From the human T2T-CHM13v2.0 reference genome, Homo sapiens, in assembly GCF_009914755.1 (NCBI RefSeq), contig NC_060929.1: a stretch of 64,000 nt of DNA; one strand, written 5' to 3'. The notes beneath the pieces are model-generated. The model saw nothing but the letters and a program-made list of their open reading frames with translations. It was not told the DNA's origin and ran no database searches. This document shows positions 24,480 to 37,100 of this stretch, piece after piece. Every line of letters starts with the position of its first letter. Within the stretch, counting starts at the first letter, position 1. The position numbers and the translations under genes are program-made.

Positions 24480-25350
24480 CTACTCCGAAGAAATGCTCCT
24501 TTACCGTAAGTGTCAAGAATTCCCACAAATACTTTTGTAAGGATAATGCACATAGTTAAAAAACAAAAACACCCAAGGAAACAAGGCTTCATGAGTAAAA
24601 TCTGGCAAAAATAAAGTGCTTAAAATTTCAAATATTAAAATAAGGCTCAGAATTGAATATAGATCAAATATAAGCTTGAAACATTTTCAGAGATTATAAG
24701 ATATAAAATATAATACAAAAGAATTGAACAACCATATAATAGTACTTTTAGAAATGATAAAGGTAATTAAAATAGAAAACTCAGCAAGTGGATTTATCAG
24801 CAAATTGATACAGCTTACTAAAGACATTATAAACATAAAAATAGGCCAAAGGAAATGTTTCAGAAAGTAGCATAGAAAAAGGTAATGGAAAGTATGAATA
24901 AGCATCTAAGAAAGCATAATATACATATAACTGGAGTTCCAGGAAGAGGAGAAAAAGAAGGGACTGGGGCAATATTTGAAGAGATAATGGCTGATATTTT
25001 CTACAACTGATGAAAAACATTAATTCATTCATTCAGAAATCATAAAGAATTCCAAGAAGGTAAATATAAAGAAACTCATATCTAGTCACATCATGGAGAA
25101 ATTGCCCAACAACAAAGGTCATGAGGAGATTTAAGGCAGCCAGAGGAAAAAAAGTAAATTATCTTCGAAGGAGCAACATTTACATTAAGAAAGCCATTGG
25201 AGATGGAAGACTTTCTTCAATTTGCTGAAAGAAAATAATTGCCAACCAAGAAAAGAGAGAAATAAATTCATTTTCAGATAAAAAATTTGCCACCAGCAGA
25301 TCCTCACAAAAGGAAATTTTAAAGGAAGAAGTAAAGTGATCACAAATAGA
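24480..25350 (+). mobile_element. Ancient L1M ORF1-region fragment
   Basis: ggagttccaggaag...gcaatatttgaagagataatggctga...tttctacaactgatgaaa. Confidence 0.7.
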
Positions 25351-25379
25351 GCTGTGATTTATGAGTAATGAAGTTATGT

Positions 25380-26160
25380 CCTACAATTAAAGCATGATGA
25401 GAATTAAGAATTCACCTTTGAATTTAGCAATGTGATAGCCAATCATGACTTTCATTTTTTTAAAAAATAAGGTCTTTTGGGTATAAAAGCCTGGAGCAAA
25501 AGAAAGAATGAAAAGAGAGAAATTGGAGACAAGTATAGATAAACCAATTCAAGGAGATTGGATCTAAAGGGGAGAGAAGTGGGTATCTTTTGAGGTCAAT
25601 GTCTCTAAGTGAACAGGGTAGATTGAGAGATATTGGAGGGTTTTACCTAGCTAGGAATTCAGGGTAGTTTAATCTGTTCATTGTAACAGAAGAGAACACA
25701 GAATATATAGGTTCAGATACAGGTGGGTAGATGCAGTGGTGGGAGTCTGTGGAATAGCTTTCTGACCCTTTTATTTATTTATTTATTTTTGTAAAACAAT
25801 AAGTAAGGTCATAGCCAAAGAGTAACTGTGATAAAGAAGGTATAGGAGGTTGGGAAAAAGAAAATATGACATAGCCCTATGAAAAGTGGAAGAATGAATA
25901 GGCCAGGGAAACAGTAGATTGTCTATTTACATTAAATGTACAGTCGAAGCTCCAGGGTCAATAATTTAAAACAAGACCATCGTTATGTTTTTTTGTTTTT
26001 TGTTTTTTCAGCCACATCTACCTACACATAAGCAGGCATTAAAGAGGGAGACAATTGTTTTTAACCACATAGGTGGTTAGGCCAAGCAAGCTTAACAAGG
26101 CAGAAGAGAGCAAGGAAGTTGAAAGTATGTATAAAAGAATGATTATAATAATTAATACTG
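25380..26160 (-). mobile_element. L2 internal fragment
   Basis: tttgaatttagcaatgtg...catgacttt and purine-rich L2-like segments. Confidence 0.5.
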
Positions 26161-26162
26161 AG

Positions 26163-26635
26163 TGTGTTAAGCCAGGCCCTCTGAGAAGCAGACACCAAGA
26201 TGGAATTAAACATCCAAAGATTTTTTTAGGGAAAATGCTTCCATGAGAGAAAATGAAGAGCCCAGAAAAGCCAGGCAAACTGTCAGACATTGATACATGT
26301 GAAACCCTGTTCAAAGGAGGGAGGGAATGTTGGTTTGCTGTGCAGCCTAAAGAGATCTAAAGAAGCTCAGTGAAGCCTTTGGCCTCCAGCCACAGTGAGG
26401 CATCCAGCTCAGAGAAGAATCCAGTGTCTCCCGTGAACAGGCCTGTCTATGCAACCCTGCTGCACTCAGCCACTGAGAGAGTGAGATGCTTGCAGGAAAC
26501 ACAGGCTGGCCACCAACATAGCCATGGATTTCAAAGCTCAGAAACTGGAGCCCTTAATCACTCCTGGTGGATGGAGGTCTGAGAGGCTCAGTCTGAGATG
26601 CTCAGTCTGGGAGGCTCATTCTCACAGCCACCACA
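26163..26635 (-). mobile_element. Old ERVL-class LTR (LTR16-like)
   Basis: ctctgagaagcagacaccaagatggaatt...ttttttagggaaaatgc matches the reverse of an LTR16-type 3' end. Confidence 0.55.
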
Positions 26636-26637
26636 GT

Positions 26638-26873
<236 letters not shown>

Positions 26874-27439
26874 TTACTATATATGGTTTATACACTCCTT
26901 TGTGAATTTCAACACTTTAATAATGAAAAAGAATACTGAATGAATGAATGAATAAACAAATGATCAATGGCTGCTGATTGGTAATTGCCTTTTCCACAAG
27001 AGCTCTTACTCTGGGCTTCATTTGACATGGCTGCTTACATTTGGGGAAAGTTAGGTGAACCAGTCCACTACTATCCTTATTTGAATTTCCAGCACTCTTG
27101 TGTTTCTTAAAAGAACAAAAATTTTCCTTTTAAAATATAACAATAGCCATTCCTGGAAACTCATTCAGTAGCATTTTAAACGTCATTTGTTCCTTTTTAA
27201 AAGCTTTTTATCTTCAAAATCTCCTCTAAAGCTTTAGATTTTGTATGCTTTTTGTTCCTAAGCCAGGCAATCTGCATAACAACTGTATTTCTTTTGAAAC
27301 TTCCATGCAATTACTGGAAACAGTCTGCCTGCCCACTATTTGTGGTATATTTTGGTCCAGCTGAGGATTAGACAAATGAGGTGATCAATTTAATTATTTT
27401 TGCTGTATTTAACTCCTACTCCTTTCTCAAGCTTATCAA

Positions 27440-27620
27440 CAGGCTTTGGGGCTAAACATGCTTATTGTCAAATTCTACCTTTGTTATTTACTAATTGTAT
27501 AGATTTGAGTAAGTCCATTCACCTCTCTAAGCCTCAGTTTCTTCAACTTTGTAGGGTTGATTAAAAAGGTAGGAAACAAGACAGGTAGGACATCTCTCAC
27601 CAATATCTGATGCATAATAG
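27440..27620 (+). mobile_element. MIR, interrupted by an LTR (resumes ~28329-28357)
   Basis: Core cacctctctaagcctcagtttcttca. Confidence 0.7.
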
Positions 27621-28328
27621 TGATGCATGAGTTTTCTCAGTCACTTTGCAAGCAGGGGACCTCTGGCCAGCCAAGCTCCCGCCTAGGCCTCACTTGAGCA
27701 TGCTACCTGCCACAGGAAACAGCCAGCTCACTCAGCCCACCCGGGCTGTGCCTGGCTTGTGCACCAGCTCAGTCTGTGGTTGGGCTGGGGATGCCCCAGC
27801 CTGCCTGTGTTATAACTTGCACCTGCATTCAGCGGTTCCTGAGTTCTTGTCCCTTACCCAAGAAGGATGAGGATATGCTGACCATTGAAGGGTCATGAGG
27901 GCAGAGAATGTTATTGAGAGACAAAACAGTTCTCAGCAGAGAGGGAACAGGAAAATGGTCTCACCTGAAGTTGGGTTGTCTCTCTCCCAGTGTGGCTGTA
28001 TCTGGGGCTTTTTTGGGCTCCGAATAAGGGTGTGAATGCTGATTGGTTTCTGAGCATGCAAAAAAGTTAAAACAAAGGTACAACCAAAAGGTGGGCATAA
28101 CACTGCAAAAAAATCTAATTAGGGAAAGGTGTGTATATGTAAAATAGGTGAAAGGTAGGGATCAATCAGAGGAAACCATACCAAACAGGAAGACAGGCTC
28201 TCAATCCAGTCCATAGATTTACCTGGAACTTGTAGCTAGGCTTTGAATTGTCTTCAGCTTGAAGGTGGGGTTTCACTGGGGACTCACCTCTGTCTTCCTA
28301 GGCATTCGTCTGCCTCCTGCCACCATCA
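27621..28328 (-). mobile_element. ERV1 solo LTR (LTR27/LTR28 family)
   Basis: Minus strand starts TGATGGTGGCAGGAGGCAGACGAATGCCTAGG and ends ...GCATCA; 4-bp TSD ATAG/GTAG. Confidence 0.75.
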
Positions 28329-29935
28329 GTAGTTATTCATTAATGGAAATAATTATTACACCTGACTACATCTGACTAATTCAAGAAGATGTAGAATATG
28401 AAAACGAGAGTAAGAGGAAAAGTCTAGGAGGGAGAATAGAGTCCATTTCTTCCTACAAATGCTTTTTCCAAAATGTAGGTAGCAGCTAGATAATTAACCA
28501 GTTTTTGTAGGTGACAGTGATTTATCTGTGACCATAAACATATCAAACCTGAGATAGGAATGCCGGATTCCCCAGTGGCTGATGCTCAGTCCAGTCGTCT
28601 TTCAACCAAGTCTCAGTGCCTCCAAGGACATCTAATCAGATTCCTGAAGAATAGAGGTGTTTATCTCACTATCTGGCACCTACAACTGTATCTGACTCTA
28701 TGGGCTTTAAAGATACCCTCATACCCCAGGGAAGGCTTCCTTGGCTCATTTAGCCTAATTTTCTCTAGACTCTGAGAGCACATCACGGTTATAGTTTCCT
28801 CAAGAACCAAGTTCTTCCCAAATGAGGTTCTTGAGGCCATAGTTCCGTTAGCTACTAGGAGTTCCTCATTTTTTATGTTACATTAGTCCTTTATTCCCTC
28901 GCACACCTGTGGAGTTACAAAGTGATCCTGGCCCTTTCTTCTCCACATCAGTTTAACTTCAGAGCTAGTCAAATTTTATAAGGGAATGAACAGGAAGTGA
29001 CATGATCACTCATGGTATAGTAGGTCTCTCTGCAAGATTGTGCTTATAATTTTTCCTTGCTTTTCATTTTCTCTAAGTTTTATTTTTAAAATGTAATTTT
29101 TACATTTTTCTAGGAGAAACAGGACCATGAATTATGTCACAATTTATACAGTTGCTTATATGTCCTATCATTTTGTGTGTTCTTCCAGCAGCTTTTTTCC
29201 AACCCCTCTCCCACCACCCTGCATCTATGTTCTGTCTTCTCATCATGTCATGTTTGCCCTGCTGTCTTGAAGGAGTTTGCATATTGTAATATAGTTAGGT
29301 ATGGACAGGGCAATATTTCTTCTCTGTAAGCAGGATATTCTGCTTATCTAGAGTAGGAGTTCGTACAAATGTAATGCTCTCTGGGTGTGTAAAACCAACA
29401 GTTTCCATTTGAGAGAAGAGCTAGGAGTGTGGAACACTCAGATTTTAGTGAAGTCAAAAAAGTAAAGGGAACTTTATCACTGAAGATATTTTCATGTAGT
29501 CTAGGCTTTGATTTTTTAAGTCAAATATTTTAGTAGTTTAACACAAAAGGAATTCAATTTTTTAACTCACACATACACAAAAGGTATTCCTGGATAGTAA
29601 TACCATCCTCTGCATCAAATTTGGATGCCATTCCTCGAAGTGCCATGACCAAAGAAGCAAAAAACAGGTTATTTACCTCTTCACACCCGAAGAAAATGAT
29701 GAAACAGAAACGATATTTGTGATAGAAACTCCCCTCTCAGAAAAGGCAGAATGGGAGACAGTGATGCCTGTGATCCACAGCATTGATGACATGAAGATTG
29801 CCCCAGCAGTGCTTCCATTCCTTTATTGACTCTGATCCTGCCTTAGAGGACTCGACCAGTGTTTGCACGGGGTGTATTATTTCATTGTTTCAGCATGCTT
29901 CCTGTTTATACAAGTTTAGGAGGCTGAAGGCTTTT

Positions 29936-30241
29936 TTTTTTCTTTTTTTTTTTTAATAGAGTCTTACTCTGTCACCCACCACCTAGGCTGGAGTGAAGTG
30001 GCATGACCTCAAGTCACTGCAACCTCCACCTCCTGGGTTCAAGTGATTCTCCTGCTTCAGCCTCCCAAGCAGCTGGTATTACAGGTGTGCACCACCACAC
30101 CCGGCTAATTTTTGTGTTTTTAGTAGAGACAGGGTTTCACCATGTTGGCCAGGTTGGTCTTGAACTCCTGACCTCAGATGATCCACCCGCCTCGGCCTCC
30201 TAAAGTGCTGGGATTGCAGGCGTGAGCCACTGCGCCCAGCC
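29936..30241 (-). mobile_element. AluS (Sx/Sz-like)
   Basis: Full dimer; TSD TGAAGGCTTTT at 29925-29935 and 30242-30252. Confidence 0.95.
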
Positions 30242-31009
30242 TGAAGGCTTTTATGAGGCTTGAATACTCAGTGACTTTTTCAGGTCATGCTATTTGTTTT
30301 ATTGTCAAATTAATTCCCTCAAAATCTTATTAGCTCTCTTATTCATTTATCAGTAATCATACTTTTCCATGTATCAGTAACCATAGCTACCCAAAGTGCT
30401 TTCCTAGACATAGTTGTCCTAGACATAGTTTTCAAGTTTGATTTATGTTTTTTATATCCTCAACCTCATTGTTACTTGTGAATGAATGAACATACATCAG
30501 TAGAATCTTCTGTACAAGTCAGCACCTTCTTTCAATACTTATTGGGCGGAATGCAAAGACATGACCTCTGATCTCAGGAAGAAATATGGGTAGGGTGGGA
30601 GAATATATATGCCTAAAAAAGACAAAGAACAATTCAAGGTATTGTTTCAGTACTAAATGAATAATGTAAGTAATGTTTTATACCAGTTCAGAAGAGGAAA
30701 TGATGGCCAAAGTGGTGGGAGGAGATGGGTTGTTGGCCTGAAACAAAGGTCAGAACTCAGACAGGCTGAGTTTGGAAGGATCTGTAAGGCATTGTAAATG
30801 GCAGGAAAACAGTCAGTGAGATACAAAAGCACATGATCTGCTGAGTAGACAAGTAGTAGACCAATCTGGCTGGCATGAATAGATCATTTATATAAAGCAG
30901 GAACAGAAGAGAAATTTGGTGAAGTAAAGAGGGATCAAGCCATAAGTAGCCTTAATGCCAGACTAAGCAATTTTGAATAGAAAGTCACAAATTGCAAAGA
31001 ATTATGGGA

Positions 31010-31230
31010 ATAATAAGAGTGGACTCTGGGTGGAGAAAAACATTACATATCTGAAACATGGCTCTGTCCCTACCTGCTATGTGATTTCATTTAAGTTGCT
31101 AAATCTGTCCTCATCCATACAAGGGGGATGATCCAACTTACCTCTCTGGTTTTGAGCAGATTCAATGAGATAATTCCCGTAAAGAGTTTAGCATACTGTC
31201 TTGATAGTACTAGGCAACAGTAATAGCTCC
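31010..31230 (+). mobile_element. MIR
   Basis: gctatgtgatttcatttaagttgctaaatctgtcctcatccatacaagggggatgat. Confidence 0.55.
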
Positions 31231-31244
31231 ATTAAGAGACACAC

Positions 31245-31627
31245 TGCAAAACTATGGAAACAGTAAAAAGATTAGTAGTTGCCAGAGGTTAGTGGAGAGG
31301 GAGGGATGAATTCACAGAGCACAAAGGATTTTTAGGGAAGTGAAACTATTCCATATGACATATAATTACAGATATCTGTCATTACACATTTATCATAGCC
31401 CATAGAATGTTGACAACACCAAGAGTGAACCCTCATGTAAACTATGGACTTTTAAGGTGTCAGTGTGGGCTTACCGACTGTAACAAATGTACTATCCAGA
31501 TGCAAAATGTTGGTAGTTGGGGAGACTGTGCATGTGTGGAGGGAGGGGATTTATAGGAACTCTATAGTTTCTGCTAAATTTTGCTGTGAATCTAGAACTG
31601 CTTTAATTAATGAAGTGCATTTTAAAA
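31245..31627 (+). mobile_element. L1MC1/2-like 3' end
   Basis: cccatagaatg...acaccaagagtgaaccctcatgtaaactatggact...ttgctgtgaatctagaactgct. Confidence 0.8.
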
Positions 31628-34092
31628 TTCCTTTAATTTTTTTAAAAAAATTACTATCACCAGGGATTAGTAGTAAAGTTCACTAATTGTGGCAAAATAT
31701 TATAGGTAAATAATTCAATTACAATGATGTCATAAGTAGAGTTGAGTCTCTATACTCACAAAAATTTTCTAGAAGGAAGGTACATTTTACTTTGATTTCC
31801 AGGAAAGGCTTTATAATAGTTAATGTGTTGTTTTTAGTTGTGCCATCACTGTGATAATGCTTTTTCTGCCACAAAGTAAATGACTTGTGTCTTGATTGAA
31901 GTAACTAATGTCCAATTCATTTTTTCTCCTTTATCCTATGGTATACAGATCTGAAAGAGTAACTTTTCTTCCCATGCCCTCTCCACTCCCCAACCCCAAA
32001 CTAATATTTAATTCTCTTCAACCTAATGAAAGAGGACACTACGTATTCCCTCTAGAGTGTCACAGGGGCTTTACCTTATTTACTGTATTGATGTCATTTT
32101 CCTAGAAGGACTCCCATTCACTAGATTTCTAAGTGAACTCAGGATAACCTAAAATTATTCCAGACAACAAAAAAGTATACTCCATAATTTAAGGGACAAA
32201 ATATCACTTATTCATTTATATATACCCTTAAGAAACTTCCATCTATTACTGGTATAAGAAATGAACAAATGAGGATTCATCAGAGGAAGAAATGACATCC
32301 TACTTCACTGAAGAGACACCACTGGGCTAATGGTAAAAGATGGGCAGGATTTAAACTTCTAGAAAGCTATTTCAGAGAGAAAGAACAGAGTGAGGAAAGG
32401 CTAAGTGGAAAAGTATAAGACCATATGAGTACCAACAAGGTGTTAATTGTCCTGCTATCTCAATAACTCCTCACCAAGAAGTAATACAATACATACTTCC
32501 AAAATAATTTTTATTTCCCATAAAGTTGCCCAAGATACCTAAGTCATATTGCATTAGGAAATTACCATATTAGCAAAAATTACAAATGCCTCTTCTACTG
32601 TCAAATACGAAAAGAAAGGCTTTTCCATCATTTCAGTACATTTACTCTACTACTTTTACACATATCTTTCTTGATAAAATGCTGAAGAAAAAAGTTGCAA
32701 CACAGCTCAATTTTCTTTGCAGGATATTTCTGATTATCCAAACATCTAGGGCGGGAGAGTGCCTGATCCAGCCTACCACATTAGATTCATTGTACTTCAG
32801 GAGTTGTAAATGTGTTCAGATAGAAACTAAATTTGTTTTTGAGGATCTCAACCATTTAGGATGCAAAATTCAGGTAGACAGCTGCATGGTATTGGAGAAT
32901 GTGTCTGTCCTGTTCACTAATGTTTCTCCAGCTTCTAGCATATCTGGTATATTTACTGAATACAATGGTTTCCAAGCAGAATGTCTTTTGAGGTTTTGGT
33001 CTCCATACATGTAATATGAGGACCTGGAGGTGGAATCAGGTGTGATTCTCTTAATGTTTTTTTACATAACAAAACTTATTTATTTTTTAATTGTACATAA
33101 TTATGGGGTAAAATTTGATATTTCTATACATAAATATGTTGTATAGTGATCCAATCAGGGTAGTTACTGTATCTATCACCTCATGCATTTCTTTGTGGTA
33201 AGAACATTCAAAAACCTTTCTCCTAGCTATTTTGTAATACACAATACTTTGCTGTTAACTACAGTCACCTCATGTGCAGTAGACCACCAAAACTTATTTC
33301 TTCGCATTTAAACTTTGTACCCACTGACCAACCTCTCCTCATCCTTCTGTACCCCCTCCCTTTTCCAGTCTCTGATAACCACTGTTCTACTCTGTTTCAC
33401 TTAACATGATGTCCTCCAGTTTCATCCATGTTGTTGTAAATGACAGGATTTCATTATTTTTATGGATAAATAGTATTCCATATATCACATTTTCTTTATT
33501 AATACATTGTTAGACACTTAGGTTGATTCCATATCTTGGCTATTGTAAATAATGCTGCAGTAAATATGAGAGTTCAAGTTCCCATTAAGCATAAAAACCT
33601 GAAAATGGAAGTCATATATTCTGAAATTCATCACATCCAAGCAAATATCTCTTTGACATACTGATTTCATTTCCTTTGGATCAATACCCAGTAGTGAGAT
33701 TACTGGCTTATGTGGTAGTTCTATTTTTATTTACTTTTATTTTTGAGGATTTAGGTGTATAAGTGCAATTGTGTTACATATTGCATAGTGACAAAGTCTG
33801 GGATTTTAGTGTACCCATCATCTGAATAGTGTACATTGTATACCCAATAAGTATGTCATCCCTCACCACCCTCCCACCCTCCCATTTTTTGGAGTCTCCA
33901 ATGTCTGTTATTCCACTCTGTATGTCCATGTACCCATTATTTAACTCCCATTTATATGTGAGAACATGCAATATTTGACTTTCTATTTCTGAGTCATTTC
34001 ACTAAGGATAATGGCCTCCAATTCCACTTATATTGCTGAAAAAGACATGTTTTTTTTTCTTTTTATGGCTGAATAGTAATCCATGGTGAGGC

Positions 34093-34142
34093 GTGTGTGT
34101 GTGTGCATGCGTGTGTGTGTGTGTGTGTGCGTGCGTGTGTGT
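34093..34142. repeat. Imperfect (TG)n microsatellite
   Basis: Visible directly in the sequence. Confidence 0.9.
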
Positions 34143-34689
34143 ATTTTTTAATGCCATGATCCACTGATGGACACTTAGGTTGATTCATTATCTTTGCTAT
34201 TGAGAATAGAGCTGCAGTAAACATACAAATACAGGTATCTTTAATAAAATGATTTCTTTTTCTTTGGGTAGACACCCAGTAGTGGGAGTGCTGGATCACA
34301 GTGTAGTTGTATTTTTAGTTCTTTGAAAAATCTCCATACTGTTTTCTGTAGACATTGTATTAATTTATATTCCCACCAAAAGTGTATAAGCATTCCCTTT
34401 TCTGTGGATATTTGCCAACATCTGCTGTTTCTTTTTTTACTTTTTAGTAATAGCCATTCTGACTGCTGTAAGATAGTATCTCATTGTGATTTTAATTTGC
34501 ATTTCTCTGATGATTAGTGATGTTGAGCACTTTTTTCATATGTTTTTTGGCCACCTGTATGTCATCTTTTGAAAAATGTCTGTTCATGACATTTGCCCAC
34601 TTTTTAATGGGGTTGTTTGGTGTTGTGGTGGTGGTGGTTGTTGAGTTGAGTTCCTTATAGATTCTTATTATTAGCCCCTTGTTGGATGC

Positions 34690-35105
34690 TGATATGGTTT
34701 GGCTGTGTCCCTACCCAAATCTCATCTTGAATTATAGTTACAATTCAAGTTAAATTTTGATATTTTGATATTGAATTATAGTTCTCATAATCCCCACATG
34801 TCATGGGAAGGGCCAAGTGGGAGGTAATTGAACCTTCCACTTCCGGTAAATGGTGGCTTCCCCCATACTATTCTTGTGACAGTAAGTTCTCATGACATCC
34901 GATGGTTTTATAAGGGGCTTCCCCCTTCACTCGGCTCTCATTTTTCTTCTTCCTGCTGCAATGTTTGCTTCTCCTTCTGCCATGATTATAAGTTTCCTGA
35001 GGACTCCCCAGCCCTGTGGATCTGTGAGTAAATTAAACCCCTTTCCTTTATAACTTACCCAGTCTCGGGCAGTTCTTTATAGCAGCATGAGAACATACTA
35101 CTACA
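34690..35105 (+). mobile_element. THE1C/D solo LTR
   Basis: TGATATGG...CTACA; perfect TSD GATGC (34685-34689 and 35106-35110). Confidence 0.9.
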
Positions 35106-36288
35106 GATGCATTGTTTGCAAATATTTTCTACGATTCTGTAGGTTGTCTGTTTACTCTATTGATTATTTCTCTTGCTATGCAGAAGCTTTTTAGTTTAAG
35201 TCTCTTTTCTCTACTTATGGTTTTGCTGCATTTCTTTTTGAGAACTAAGTCATAAATTCTTTGTCTAGACTAATGTCCAGAAGAGTTTTCCCAGGTATTC
35301 CTCTTGGATTTTTATAGTTTCGGGTCTTACACTTGAGTCTTTAGGCCATCTTGAGTTAGTTTTTGTATATGGTGAGACATAGGGGTCAAATTTCATTCTT
35401 CTGCATATGCCAGCATCATTTATTTAAAGTGATATCATTTCCCCAGTGTATATTTTTGTTGACTTTGTCAAAGGTCAGTTGGTTATGGATATGTGAAATT
35501 ATTTCTGTATTCTTTAATCTGTTTCATTGATCTGTGTATCTATTTTTATGCTAGTACTATGCTGTTTTGATTACTATAGACTTGTTGTATAATTTGAAGT
35601 CAGGTAATGTGATTCCTCCAGCTTTATTCTTTTTGCTTAGAATTACTTTGGCTATTCAAGCTCTCTTTTTGTGTCATATGAATTTTAGGATTGTTTTTCC
35701 TATGTGCAGAATCATGTTGGTAATTTGAAAGAAATCATGTTGAATCTGTATATAATTTTTGGCAGTATGGTCATTTTAATGATATTAATTCTTACAATCC
35801 ATGAGCACGTGATGTATTTCCATTTTTTCTGTTGCCCCTTATTTCCTTCATCAGTGTTTTGTAATTCTCCTTGAAAAGATCTTTCACCTCCTAGGTTAAA
35901 TGTATTCCTATGTATTTTTTTGCAGCTATTGTAAGTGGAATCGAGTTTTTGATTTGGTTCTTAGCTTTATCATTATTGGTGTATAGAAATGCTACTGATT
36001 TTGGTATGTTTATTTGGTATCCTGAAATTTTACTGAAGTTATTTAGCAAATCTAAGAGTCTTTTGGAGGAGTATTTAAGGTTTTATAGGTATAAGATAAT
36101 ATCAGTGAACAGGGATAATTTGACTTCTTCTTTTCCAATTTAGATGATTTGCTTTTCATTTATTTCTCTTGCCTTATTGCTCTAGCTAGGACTTCCAGTA
36201 TGATGTTGAATAGGACTGTTGAAAGTGAGCATTCTCGTCTTGTTTCAGTTCTTTGGGGGAATGCTTTCAACTTTTGCTCATTCAGTAT

Positions 36289-36672
36289 TGATATGGCTTT
36301 GATGTTTGTCCCCTCCAAATCTCATGTTAAAATGTGATTCCTAATATTGGAGGTGGGGCCAATGGGGAGATACTGGATTATGAGGGCTGATCCGTCATGA
36401 ATGACTTAGTGCCATCCCCTTGGTAACAAGTAAGTTCTCACTTGTTTAAAAGAGTATGGCAGCACACTCCTCTACATTTTCTCTTGCTCCTGATCTTGCC
36501 ATGTGACTTGCCTATTCCTGCTTCAGCTTCCACCATGATTGTAAACTTCTTGAGGCCCTCACCAGAACCCAAGCAGATGTTGGTGCCATGCTTGTACAGC
36601 CTGCAGATCTGTGAACCAATTAAACATCTTTCTGCATAAATTACCCATCTCGGGTATTCTTTTATAGCAACA
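36289..36672 (+). mobile_element. MSTB-type LTR lacking the last ~14 nt
   Basis: TGATATGG...cccctccaaatctcatgtt...gaggccctcaccagaa...tttatagcaacaa. Confidence 0.9.
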
Positions 36673-36677
36673 ATTTT

Positions 36678-37100
36678 CTGCGTTAGGCCATCTCTGCGTT
36701 GGTATAAAGAAATACCTTAGGCTAGGTAATTTATAAAGAGAATAAGTTTAATTGGCTTGTGTTTCTACAGGCTGTACGAGCATGGCACCAACCTCAGCTC
36801 AGCTTCTGGTGAGGGCCTCAGGAAGCTTATAATCATGGTGAAAGATGAAAAGGGAAGCCAGCATATTACATGGGAAAAAGGGAGAAAGAGAGAGATGGAA
36901 GAGATGCCAGGCTCTTCAACCAACCAGATCTCAAATGAGCTAACTGAGTGATAACTCACTTATCACAAGGGGATGGTGCTCAAACATTCATGAGGGATAT
37001 GCCCCCATGATCCAACAACCTCCCACCAGGCCCCACCTCCAACACTGGAAATCACATTTCAACATAAGATTTGGAGGGAACAAGCATCCAAACCATATTA
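36678..37100 (-). mobile_element. MSTB-type LTR, complete, tail-to-tail with the previous LTR
   Basis: Reverse complement aligns with 36289-36672; ORF track shows mirrored peptides FLRPSPE...LVPC.YSL on opposite strands. Confidence 0.9.
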
